This document shows positions 50,978-60,460 of a DNA stretch of 64,000 bases, in pieces. The stretch's first letter is position 1. Each line of letters begins with the position of its first letter. The DNA comes from a bacterium (GTDB lineage: Bacteria; UBA8248; JACPRG01; G963555815). The notes below the pieces were generated by a model. That model worked only from the letters and a program-made list of their open reading frames with translations. It was not told where the DNA came from and made no database searches. The stretch is from positions 1,184,001 through 1,248,000 of the forward strand of contig CAUVWX020000001.1 in NCBI GenBank assembly GCA_963555815.3, written 5' to 3'. Made by a program: the position numbers and the translations under genes.

Positions 50978-52030
50978 ATGACGATGCGATTTAATATTTT
51001 TAAAGACCGCCCAAGGCCGGGGCCAGGTGATAAACTCAGGCCCATCCTGTTCAGTTTTCTCCTCTCCCTCTTCGCCTCCGGGGCTGTCGCTCAGGAACCC
51101 GTCACGCTCATCTTGAACTCCCCCCCGAATGCCACCCATTCAGCGTTCGTCCTCGGTCAGCGAGAGGGCTACTATGAACGGGCCGGGATCCAGCTGACCA
51201 TCGAGGCCGGCAGGGGCTCCGGCTCGACTCTAAAAGCCCTGGAGACCCGAGAGGGGGCCTTCGGCGTCGCCGAGGTGGCCTCCCTGATCGAGGGCCGAAA
51301 CGAGGGGATAGAGGTCATCGGAGTCCTTCTCCTGGGGGAGCGCACGGGGAGCACCCTCTTCACCCTGGCGGACTCAGGGATCCGAGAGCCCGGGGACCTC
51401 GAAGGTCGGGTGGTGGCCGGACCGTCGGCCAGCTTCCCCAGGCTCCTTTTCCCACTCCTGACTCAGGGCACGGGCCTGGACCTGGAGGACGTGCGCTGGA
51501 TCGATGTGGGCACAAGCGCCGGGATCTCCACACTCTTTGAGGGCAAGGCCGACGCTGTCGTCAGCAGCGAGGTGGTCCGCTGGCGCTATGAGCGGGCAGC
51601 GGCCCGACGCAAGAAGACCATCCTCAGCCTTCCGTTCTCGCGCTATGGCGTCCATGTCTATGGCCTGAATCTTGTCGCCTCCTCTCGTCTGGTCCAAAAT
51701 AGCCCGGACTTGGTTCGGCGGATGGTGGATGCCACGGCCAAGGCCATGGAGGATGCCCTACAGAGGCCCAGTGAGGCCCTAGAGTTCTTCCAACGGGCCT
51801 TTCCCAACTATCCGGCAGACGGGGCGGCCTCGGAGTGGAGGGCCACCCTGGCGGGCTGGTCGCAAGAAACCCTGAAAGCCGGGGGTTTTGGGAAGTATGA
51901 GGAGGAGCAGATGAGGGAGCTTCGGGCTTTCCTCTTCCGGGCTCGCCAGCTCCGAAGCGAGCCCCCGCTTGCACGCCTCTTCACGAATCAGTTTGTGCCG
52001 AGCCTCACCCCCTCACGAGCCCCTTTTTGA
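50978..52030 (+). CDS. NMT1/THI5-like ABC substrate-binding protein
   Basis: Signal peptide, GYY..AGI...I..GRGS, SGI..P.DLEG, LFTNQF. Confidence 0.8.
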   Translation: MTMRFNIFKDRPRPGPGDKLRPILFSFLLSLFASGAVAQEPVTLILNSPPNATHSAFVLGQREGYYERAGIQLTIEAGRGSGSTLKALETREGAFGVAEVASLIEGRNEGIEVIGVLLLGERTGSTLFTLADSGIREPGDLEGRVVAGPSASFPRLLFPLLTQGTGLDLEDVRWIDVGTSAGISTLFEGKADAVVSSEVVRWRYERAAARRKKTILSLPFSRYGVHVYGLNLVASSRLVQNSPDLVRRMVDATAKAMEDALQRPSEALEFFQRAFPNYPADGAASEWRATLAGWSQETLKAGGFGKYEEEQMRELRAFLFRARQLRSEPPLARLFTNQFVPSLTPSRAPF

Positions 52031-52168
52031 GCGTCTTGTCCTGCCTGAGATCTTCGTCGGCTGTCAGGCGCACACTGAGCCGGTCGTCGCATCCAGCGCC
52101 GATTTTCTCGACGCCAATTTCATGCATTGATAGGATCCCGAGGCAGAGGTTTTCCTGGAGGATCAAAC

Positions 52169-53971
52169 ATGGGTTATAGGCCCATCGATAGCTACGGCAT
52201 CATCGGCGACATGCACACCTGCGCCCTCGTCAGCACAGACGGCTCGATCGATTGGCTGTGCCTGCCCCATTTTGACTCGCCGAGCGTCTTCTGCTCGATT
52301 TTGGACGATGACAAGGGGGGCCACTTTCAAATCACATCGACGCGTGAAAGCAAGCATCACCAGCTTTATCTGCCCGACACGAACGTCCTCGTCACGCGCT
52401 TTTTGAGTGAAGCGGGCGTCGCCGAGGTGATCGACTTCATGCCGGTTCGGGGAGGTGCCTCCTGCCACGTGAGCCACCTCGTCCGGCTCGTGAAGGGTAT
52501 CCGGGGTGTGGTGCCCATGAAGATGACGTGCCGGCCCGCCTTCGACTACGCCCGCCGCTCACATACGCTGGGGATCAACGGGGGAGAGGCTATCTTCCAG
52601 CAGGAGGGGGGAGAAAGGGTGCTTGGGCTGTCCACCGACGTGGATCTCAAGCAGGAGGGAGACGCGGCGGGGTGCGAATTTACGATCCATGAAGGGCAGT
52701 CGCAGCACTTCATCCTCTGGCCCACTCGGGATGTCGGCCAGGAGACCGCTACATGCCCCATCCCGGATTCCCAGGAGGCCTTCATTCGGACGTGCAATTT
52801 CTGGCGCACCTGGATCTCGCGCTGCACTTACGACGGGCGCTGGCGCGAGGAGGTGCACCGCTCGGCCATGATCCTCAAGCTCCTCACCTTCGAGCCCACG
52901 GGCGCCATCGTGGCCGCTGCGACGACGAGCCTGCCTGAAGGGATCGGGGGAGAGCGGAACTGGGACTACCGGTACACCTGGATCCGCGACGCGGCCTTCA
53001 CGGTCTACGCCCTGATGCGGATCGGTTTCACCGCCGAGGCCGAGGCCTTCATGGGATGGGTGCAGGGCCTCTGCATGGGGCTGAACCCGAACGGCCCCCC
53101 ACTTCAGATCATGTACGGCATCGACGGACGCCGTGAGCTGAAAGAGGAGGAGCTGACCCACCTCGACGGCTACATGGGGTCGCGCCCCGTTCGCATTGGT
53201 AACGGCGCCTACAACCAGCTCCAGCTCGACATCTACGGCGAGCTCATCGACTCCGTCTACATCTATAACAAGCACAGGCCTATCTCCTACGATTTCTGGA
53301 TCGACCTCCGCCGGCTGGTGAACTGGGTTTGCGACAACTGGCATCTCAAGGACGAGGGCGTCTGGGAGGTGCGAGGCGGCCAGCAGGAATTCGTCTACAG
53401 CAAGCTCATGTGCTGGGTGGCGGTAGACCGGGGTCTTCGCCTGGCCGACAAGCGAAGCTTCCCCGCCGACCGCGCCCGATGGCTTAAGGTCCGGGACGCG
53501 ATCTACGAGGAGATCATGACAAAAGGCTGGAGTGAAGAGCGTCAAGCCTTTGTGCAAGCCTACGGGTCGAGCTCCCTGGACGCCTCGAACCTGCTCATGC
53601 CCCTCACCTTTTTCGTTTCACCTATCGATCCGCGGATGCAGTCCACCCTGGACGCCACCCTAAAGAGTCTTGTGAAGGACTCCCTTGTCTTCCGCTACGA
53701 TGTGAAGAAGGGCGCCTCGGACGGGCTCGCGGGGGAGGAAGGGACCTTCAGCATCTGTACCTTCTGGCTCGTCGAGGCCCTGGCGCGCGCCGGCCGGCTG
53801 GAAGGGGCGCGCCTCATCTTCGAAAAGATGCTCGGCTACGCCAACCACGTGGGACTCTACAGCGAGGAGATCAGCGTCGGGGGCGACGCCCTGGGGAACA
53901 CCCCCCAGGCCTTCACTCACCTGAGCATGATCAGCGCCGCCTTCAACCTCAACCGCGCCCTCGGCGGCTAG
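52169..53971 (+). CDS. Glycoside hydrolase family 15 (trehalase/glucoamylase-like)
   Basis: [48 protein letters not shown]. Confidence 0.94.
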   Translation: MGYRPIDSYGIIGDMHTCALVSTDGSIDWLCLPHFDSPSVFCSILDDDKGGHFQITSTRESKHHQLYLPDTNVLVTRFLSEAGVAEVIDFMPVRGGASCHVSHLVRLVKGIRGVVPMKMTCRPAFDYARRSHTLGINGGEAIFQQEGGERVLGLSTDVDLKQEGDAAGCEFTIHEGQSQHFILWPTRDVGQETATCPIPDSQEAFIRTCNFWRTWISRCTYDGRWREEVHRSAMILKLLTFEPTGAIVAAATTSLPEGIGGERNWDYRYTWIRDAAFTVYALMRIGFTAEAEAFMGWVQGLCMGLNPNGPPLQIMYGIDGRRELKEEELTHLDGYMGSRPVRIGNGAYNQLQLDIYGELIDSVYIYNKHRPISYDFWIDLRRLVNWVCDNWHLKDEGVWEVRGGQQEFVYSKLMCWVAVDRGLRLADKRSFPADRARWLKVRDAIYEEIMTKGWSEERQAFVQAYGSSSLDASNLLMPLTFFVSPIDPRMQSTLDATLKSLVKDSLVFRYDVKKGASDGLAGEEGTFSICTFWLVEALARAGRLEGARLIFEKMLGYANHVGLYSEEISVGGDALGNTPQAFTHLSMISAAFNLNRALGG

Positions 53972-54132
53972 GCCCCTTGCAGATCTGAAGCCCTGACAGC
54001 TTCTTTGCGGAGGGGGGGTGCAGCGCTTTGCCTCTGCGGTCATCCCGCGCTATTGAAACCCCCCAGTCGCTCCCCTATGATGGATGGAGCCCATTGCGAC
54101 CCCCATCCAGGGTCTGAAAAGGAGATCGCAGG

Positions 54133-54903
54133 ATGAAGGGTTTTCATCTTCGGTTTGAATTTTTTCCTATCCTCCTCATCCTCTCTCTCCTTTCCCCCCG
54201 GTTCCTTCAGGCTGAAGGGACCATCACCATCAGGTGGTTGGGCCATTCCGCCTTCCAGATCACATCGGAGGATGGCGTCCGGGTCTTCACGGACCCCTTT
54301 GCCATTGAGGGGCGGGACGCTGTGGGCTATGCAAGGCCCCCTGTGGAGGCCGACCTGGTCACCATCAGCCACGAACACAGGGACCACAACCAGGCCGGTT
54401 GGATTCAGGGATCGTCCAAAATTTTTCGGGGGCTCACTTCGAATGGACAAGACTGGCAAAAGATCGACCATCGCCTCAAGGATGTCCGAATCACCACGGT
54501 TCCCGTCTATCACGATAAGGAGCAGGGAAGGCTCCGTGGAAAGAACAACGTTTTTGTCATTGAGGCGAGCGGCCTTCGCATCGCCCACTTCAGCGACATG
54601 GGCCACATCCCCGATGAGGCGACCTATCAGGCCCTTGGAAGGGTGGACATCCTTCTCATCCCGGTCGGGGGGTTTTTCAGCATTGACGGAGACGAAGCGG
54701 CCGAGATCGTCTCCCGCCTAAAACCCCCGCTGGTCATCCCACAACACTTCAAGACCGAAGCCATCGCCGACTGGCCCATCTCGGATGAAACGGAATTTCT
54801 GGCACACTATAAAGATGCCAAGCGCCTCGGCCGAAGCCAGGTGGAGGTGAGCCCGGCGTCTCTCCCCAAGGAGACAGAAGTATGGGTCTTGACCTATCAA
54901 TAG
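54133..54903 (+). CDS. Exported MBL-fold metallo-hydrolase
   Basis: Signal peptide, WLGHSAF, SHEHRDH, PVGG, IPQHFKT. Confidence 0.87.
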   Translation: MKGFHLRFEFFPILLILSLLSPRFLQAEGTITIRWLGHSAFQITSEDGVRVFTDPFAIEGRDAVGYARPPVEADLVTISHEHRDHNQAGWIQGSSKIFRGLTSNGQDWQKIDHRLKDVRITTVPVYHDKEQGRLRGKNNVFVIEASGLRIAHFSDMGHIPDEATYQALGRVDILLIPVGGFFSIDGDEAAEIVSRLKPPLVIPQHFKTEAIADWPISDETEFLAHYKDAKRLGRSQVEVSPASLPKETEVWVLTYQ

Positions 54904-54926
54904 TCGGCTTTGAACGGAACTAAATC

Positions 54927-55436
54927 ATGAGTTTCATTTCGACCCGCAAAGTGATCATCTATTCTGTTTTGCTCTTGGTTCTTCTCTCTGCCTGCGGCAG
55001 AAGGCGCACCGCGCCGGAGGTGGTGACCCCGGCCCGGGCCTCCAGGCCGGTTGCTGGTCCCTGTTCCGGGTCCTTCCTGTACAACGAGGACCGGACCCAG
55101 ATCGAAGGGATCCTCCTCGACAGTTCAGTCCTCCCCTTTTCCCTCAAGATTGGCCCGAACCGACGGACGCCCCCCGCCCTTCGGGATGTTATGGAGGTCC
55201 TCCAAGTCCTGGACACCTGGCACGTTGAGCGCTGCAAGGAAGGACTGGAGATCTCCCCGTCGGAGCGGGCGGGGCACGAGGAAGAGACCGAGCGCATCGC
55301 ACGACACCTCAGGGCTTTTGTCCTCGTCGTGACCCTGCCCTATGGCTCCGAGGAGGAGGCCAACCAGGAGATCAAGAACTGGATGGATGGGGTCAGGACC
55401 CAACTCCTGAGGGGGTTCCAGCGCAGGAACCCCTGA
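54927..55436 (+). CDS. Hypothetical lipoprotein
   Basis: LSAC lipobox after a hydrophobic stretch. Confidence 0.65.
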   Translation: MSFISTRKVIIYSVLLLVLLSACGRRRTAPEVVTPARASRPVAGPCSGSFLYNEDRTQIEGILLDSSVLPFSLKIGPNRRTPPALRDVMEVLQVLDTWHVERCKEGLEISPSERAGHEEETERIARHLRAFVLVVTLPYGSEEEANQEIKNWMDGVRTQLLRGFQRRNP

Positions 55437-55588
55437 CGAAAAGGGTGATGGGGAGATTCTTCCCATCTTCCAAAGGGCCAAAAGAGAGTTTTATTGAAGC
55501 GGAAGACTTTTAACCAAAAGAGGCGAGCTTCTTCTTAGGCCACAGTAGGACGTCACAGTACAGAAAGAGAAACTTCTTTTCCACGGCG

Positions 55589-55945
55589 TTAGGCGAGCTT
55601 AAGTGTGACCTTCGACTCCAGATTGCCGAGATCGATGGGCTTGGTGAGATAGTCGAAGGCCCCCTCCTTGAGCGCTTCTTTAAAAACCCCCTCATCCTGG
55701 ACAGCCGTGACCATGATGGCGCCGACGGCCGGGTTCAGTTCTTTTGCCCGGCGCAGGACCTCAATCCCGCTAACCCCTGGCATCCGGACGTCGAGGAGGA
55801 TGACGTGAGGCCGCTCACGCTTGAGCTTAGATAGGGCCTCTTCACCACTCGTGGCGGTCGTCACCTCAAACCCCTTGGCCTTGAAGAAGAGCTCGAGCTG
55901 TTCGCAGGCCTTGGGCTCATCGTCGACGATAAGGATCTTGGGCAT
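55589..55945 (-). CDS. Single-domain response regulator
   Basis: KILIVDDE, LLDVRMPG, MVTA, DYLTKP. Confidence 0.92.
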   Translation of the reverse strand: MPKILIVDDEPKACEQLELFFKAKGFEVTTATSGEEALSKLKRERPHVILLDVRMPGVSGIEVLRRAKELNPAVGAIMVTAVQDEGVFKEALKEGAFDYLTKPIDLGNLESKVTLKLA

Positions 55946-55988
55946 CCTCTCCCTCCCCATTTAGGGAGCTGCACGGCACCTTGAATGT

Positions 55989-56390
55989 CTAGTGTTCGAG
56001 GAGTTCCATGACCTTGACCGAGACCCTCGACTCCAGATAAGTCAGGTTGAGGGGCTTGGTGAGGTAGTCGAAGGCCCCCTCCTCGAGCGCCTCTTTAAAA
56101 ACCTCCTCATCTTGGACGGCCGTGACCATGATGACGCCGACGGCCGGGTCCAGCTTTTTCGCCTGCCGCAGGACCTCGATCCCGTTAACCCCTGGCATCC
56201 GGACGTCGAGGAGGACGAGGTGAGGCCGCTCATACTTGAGCTTTGCGATGGCTTCCTCACCGTTCGTGGCGGTGGTCGCCTCATACCCCTTGGACTGGAA
56301 AAAGAGCTTGACCTGCTCGCAGACCTTGGGCTCGTCGTCGTCGACGAGGATCTTGATCAGTCCTTTTCTAGTGATCTGAAGCTCACGCAT
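55989..56390 (-). CDS. Single-domain response regulator, paralog of the neighbour
   Basis: LLDVRMPG, MVTA, DYLTKP. Confidence 0.9.
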   Translation of the reverse strand: MRELQITRKGLIKILVDDDEPKVCEQVKLFFQSKGYEATTATNGEEAIAKLKYERPHLVLLDVRMPGVNGIEVLRQAKKLDPAVGVIMVTAVQDEEVFKEALEEGAFDYLTKPLNLTYLESRVSVKVMELLEH

Positions 56391-59304
56391 TTCCTTCCTC
56401 CTTTCGAAGGGCCGGGAGTTCTACCCTAAAAGTGGCTCCCTCTCCATCCTTGCTCTCAACGGTAAGGTTTCCTTTGTGCGCTTCGATGATCCCGTACGAA
56501 ACAGCAAGGCCGAGTCCAGTCCCTTTTCCTTCAGGCTTTGTGCTGAAGAAGGGGTCAAACACTTTCTCTCGCACCTCCCTGGGGATGCCGACGCCCGTAT
56601 CCTGGACCGAGGCACCCACCCAGCCATTTTTGGCCTTGGTCTGAAGGACGAGGCGGCCGCCCGATGGCATGGCGTCTCTTGCGTTCTGGATGAGGTTGAA
56701 GAAGACCTGGCGGAGCTGGTCTTCATCCCCCAGCACTTCAGGGAGGTCAGGCGCATATTCCCGGACCACCTCGATATTTTCCAGACGGGTCTCGTGGGAG
56801 ATGAGATCGATGATCTGATCCAGGAGGTGGGGAAGTTCCACGGGTTTGGCACGGGGTTCTTTCTGTCTGGAAAATTCCAGGAGGTTATCCGCAATCTTGA
56901 CCACCCGGCCGACCTCCTCTTGCATGGAGCCCAGGGCCTCGGAGAGGTTCTCCGGGGTCTTCTCGACGATCCCTCGCTGGAGCACCTGAATCGCGACGGA
57001 CAGGTTATTGATGGGGTTCAGGATCTCGTGGGAGACTCCCGCCACCAGAGTTCCGATGGAGGCCAGCTTCTCTGACCGAATGGCCACCTCCTGGGCGAGG
57101 TGGAGTTCCTCGACCATTTTTTGAAGCTCGTCGTTTGTACTCGCCAGCTCCCGTTCTATCTTCTTTCTCTCAGAAATATCGCGGGTGATGATGGAGTGGC
57201 CCGTGACCTCGCCCCGGGGGCCGCGAAGGGGCGAGCAGGTGATCTGGGCGTCGAATGTCTCGCCTCCTTTTCGCCGCCTCTCCGTTTCCACGAGTGTCAA
57301 TACCTTGCCCTGGTTCAATCTCTCCCGAATGGCAAGGGCCTCCGTCATTCTTTCCTCGGGGATGAGGCAGTGAGGGGTTTCCCCCACCATCTCAGAGGCG
57401 GGGTATCCGTAGATACGCTCGGCGGCCGGGTTCCAGGAGAGGACCTTTCCCTCTGGGTCCAAGGTGACGATGGCATCTCCGGCGTTCTCCACCAGGGTCT
57501 CCAGACGGTCCCTCATCGGGCGGACGTCAGCGTAGATTTGGGCGTTTCGGATGGCGATGGCCGCCTGCTCGGCGAAGGCCTGGCCGAGCGCGATCTCCTC
57601 CCCGGAGAAGCGCTTGGTCTTGCCCCAATAAAATGCGAGGACGCCAAAGGTCTCACCCCTGGCGCGCATGGGGATGACGACTAAGGACCGAATACCCTCG
57701 CGAAGCCAGATCTCCTGCTGGTGTTCCCATTGGGATCCATGGCTCACGTCCTCAATGACAGTCGGTTGGCTGAGTGAGGGGTCCTGAGCGTATTGGGAGA
57801 CAATGGTTTTTCCCTTGAGGTAGCGGATGGTCTCCAGGTGCTCCTCCGAGAGTCCCCGGGCGATGACGTCAAACACCTCCCCGCTCTCTTTACGAACGAA
57901 CCAGAGGCCAACGCGGTCGGTCCCGAAGACGCGCCCCCCCTCGTCCAGGATGGCCTCGAGCGTCTGCTTGAGGTCGAGTTCCGAGGCGACCCGTCTTGAG
58001 GCCTCGACGAGTCCCGCCAACTCCTTGGACCTTTTCACGACGCCTTCGTAAAGCCGGGCGTTCTCAAGGGCGATGGCCGCCTCGCTGGCCAGGGCCTCCA
58101 TCAGCCGGATGTCTTCTTCTTCGAACTTCGACGGCTCGCGCGAGAGGCAGTTCAAGACGCCGACGAGCTTTTCGCCCGAGATCAGTGGGACGCCGATGAA
58201 AGACCGAAGGCCCTCGGCCTTCGCCCAGGCGTGGTTCCACCAGCGCTGGTCCCTTTGCACGTCATCGATGACCAGGGACTTTTTCTCCGACGGCCACTAT
58301 CCCGCTCGGCGGGCCCCCTACGGGGAGTTCCGGGGGCCCCCGGGGGGCTCTGGGATCTGTCCAAAAGTGGCCGTGGGGCGCAGAAGCTTTCCGTCTTCAC
58401 TTAAGAGAAAGAGGCCGGCGCGGTCTCCATCGAGGAGTTCCAACGACGCCCGGACGATGGAGTCCAGGACTTCCTTCAGATCTAACTTAGAGGAGACCTT
58501 CTGACTGAGGTCGTGAAGGGCGCTGAGGCGCTGTGAGCCCTCCAGGACCTTCTCATAGAGCGTCGCATTTCGCTCCGCCGTGTCGGCCAAGTCCGACGAG
58601 GCTCGCCTGACGACGACGAGGAGGCCGAGATAGACAATGAGGCCGCTCCCCAGGCCGACACCCCAGAGGGTCCTCGTTACCTTTTTCACGGGCCCAATGA
58701 GTGGGGTGGCGTCGGCGTAGATCCCAAGGACAGAGGCGACATTCTGCCCCTCAGGGGAGAAGAGGGGAATATAGACCTCAATCACGGAGCTGTGCCCAAG
58801 GGCTTCCCCGTTGTTCCCGTTGTTGTGGTTGAATCCCGGGAGCTGCCAGTGGTAGGTCACCTCTCCCGCCAGGGCTTGCCTCAGGTTTTCAGCCTCAGAG
58901 ATCCTTCTGTCCAACCCCATCTCGTCGGACCAGATGAGCCTTCCGTTTAGGTCCCAGAGCTTGAGCCCGCGACTCCCGAGCGTGTTCGTGAGATCCTCTG
59001 AAAGCCTGCCCAGGCCCTCTAGGGAAGCCTGAGTCAAGGGGGTCAAGGGGGCCAGGGACAGGTGCGTCATCCTAACCCTCACCTGGCCTGCGACGTCGTT
59101 GGCTCGTGTTTTTGCGAGGTCCTTCTTCAAGATCGCGCTCAGAAGGGAGCCGCCGTAAAGGCTCCCGGCCAGGACACAAAGACCGAGGAGGATAGAGGCT
59201 CTCTTGAGGATCTTTGAAAGAGAAGGCCGAGCTGGCTCGCCCCCGGAGCGAGGGGATAGTCGCCCACTTGAGAGAAGGAATTCTTTGGAGAAATCGATGG
59301 GCAT
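56383..59304 (-). CDS. Membrane sensor histidine kinase (2 TM, GAF-GAF-PAS-HisKA-HATPase), interrupted at ~58285-58345
   Basis: ORFs 58318-59304 and 56383-58260 share a frame; HEILNP, NLIQNARDA, DTGVGI, FDPFFSTK, GTGLGL. Confidence 0.85.
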
Positions 59305-59347
59305 CTGCTTCCGTCTCCTTAAGCCGTACGCCTGATTAGAAATGCGA

Positions 59348-59378
59348 GACGGGGGAGGGGAGGTGGGCCTCCCCCGTC
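59348..59378 (-). terminator. 11-bp GC-rich hairpin after the Flp pilin gene
   Basis: GACGGGGGAGG...CCTCCCCCGTC; weak U-tract. Confidence 0.5.
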
Positions 59379-59409
59379 CCCTTCGAGGGGCCTGCTATCG
59401 GTGGAAGCG

Positions 59410-59568
59410 TTAGAGGCTCCCCACGATGTTGTTCAAGGTGGTAGTGACGCCCCCGCCCAGCAGGGTCAACGCGGCGATGACAGCGATCGCCACCAGGGTG
59501 ATGATGAGGGCGTACTCTGTCAGCCCCTGGCCTTTTCTGTCCTTCAAGAACTGGATGAATCGTTTCAT
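59410..59568 (-). CDS. flp: Flp (Tad) pilin
   Basis: GQGLTEYALIITLVAIAVI: G/Q cleavage site, E5-Y6; strong RBS. Confidence 0.92.
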   Translation of the reverse strand: MKRFIQFLKDRKGQGLTEYALIITLVAIAVIAALTLLGGGVTTTLNNIVGSL

Positions 59569-59623
59569 TTCTCCACTCCTTTCCTCATTTAAACGGTTTT
59601 TTCTCAGAACAGCTGTCCCGAAC

Positions 59624-59905
59624 TTACCTCCCGCCCCCACGCCCAGCAGGGGCCCCTCGTCCTGGGGGGGGTCCCCGCCCCCCTCGCCCGCTCAAGCTGT
59701 CGGTCGAATCGCTCAGAGAGTCTGTGAGGTTCTCCCCAAGCAGCGCCAGGGCCGCTATGACCGCAAGGGCAACCAGGGCGATGATGAGGGCGTACCCGGT
59801 CAGCCCCTGGCCCTCGTCCTTCCTCAACCCCCTGAAAAACTGAAAAACCTTCTCCAAATCCCGTTGCCATCCACGCGACACCTCTTTGGCTTGTGCAGAT
59901 GACAT
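59624..59905 (-). CDS. Second Flp-like pilin, degenerate (start uncertain)
   Basis: GQGLTGYALIIALVALAVI with E5 to G; G/P/R-rich tail. Confidence 0.65.
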   Translation of the reverse strand: MSSAQAKEVSRGWQRDLEKVFQFFRGLRKDEGQGLTGYALIIALVALAVIAALALLGENLTDSLSDSTDSLSGRGGRGPPPGRGAPAGRGGGR

Positions 59906-59938
59906 TGCCCGGACTCTCGTAGGGACGGACACTGCGCA

Positions 59939-60058
59939 TCACCAGCCCTCTTCGATCCTCCCTTTCAGTTCGCCATACCTTCGGGAGTCCCGCCGGATGT
60001 GGATGACGAGCCCGACGGTCAATGCGGCAAGCCAGAAAATCGCAGTCCCGATGCCCAT
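59939..60058 (-). CDS. 39-aa single-TM small protein
   Basis: MGIGTAIFWLAALTVGLVIHIRRDSRRYGELKGRIEEGW; purine-rich RBS. Confidence 0.5.
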   Translation of the reverse strand: MGIGTAIFWLAALTVGLVIHIRRDSRRYGELKGRIEEGW

Positions 60059-60188
60059 GTCCTTCTTCCCCCTTGAAATTGGACCCTATCCCCCTGCAAC
60101 GACTCTTCCTCTCAAAGCGGTCCCCTTTCGGACCCACGCCTCCGAGTGCACCTCAGGGTCTATCGATGTATCGGCAACCCTAAGAAGA

Positions 60189-60204
60189 AGCAATCCCTGT
60201 GCCA
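60189..60204 (-). promoter_or_regulatory. Sigma54 -24/-12 promoter
   Basis: TGGCACAGGGATTGCT, exact GG-N10-GC spacing. Confidence 0.8.
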
Positions 60205-60232
60205 GAGTGTCACGGACGCCCGACATTTTTTT

Positions 60233-60245
60233 TAACTAATTGAAA
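60233..60245 (-). promoter_or_regulatory. IHF-like site
   Basis: TTTCAA-TTAG-TTA versus WATCAA-N4-TTR, in an AT-rich patch ~30 bp upstream of -24. Confidence 0.55.
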
Positions 60246-60460
60246 ATTAAATAGATATCAGGATGATAGACAGCGGCTCTTGAAATGCCCCAAAGGGTGG
60301 GGAAGGCGACAGGACAACAAGGGATGGGGAAAGCTCCTCGACAGTTGGGGCCGAGGGGCCACAGTGAGTGGGGCGCGTTTAGCCCTTCTCAGGTGCGGGA
60401 GATTTGAGCCTTCCTGGAGAGGGGGAGAACCCTTTGGGGGGGGTAGGGAGCAGGCCTGGG

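Noticed and set aside
55521..55600. 10-bp direct repeat AGGCGAGCTT flanking 60 bp as a target-site duplication or mini-array
   Set aside because: Only two copies, one inside a coding end; no inverted repeats or cas genes
16432..58320. Genome-wide TAG recoding or pyrrolysine
   Set aside because: lysA, dapF, trkH, ccmB, ccmC, dksA and recG end normally at TAG, and the kinase TAGs are better explained by indels
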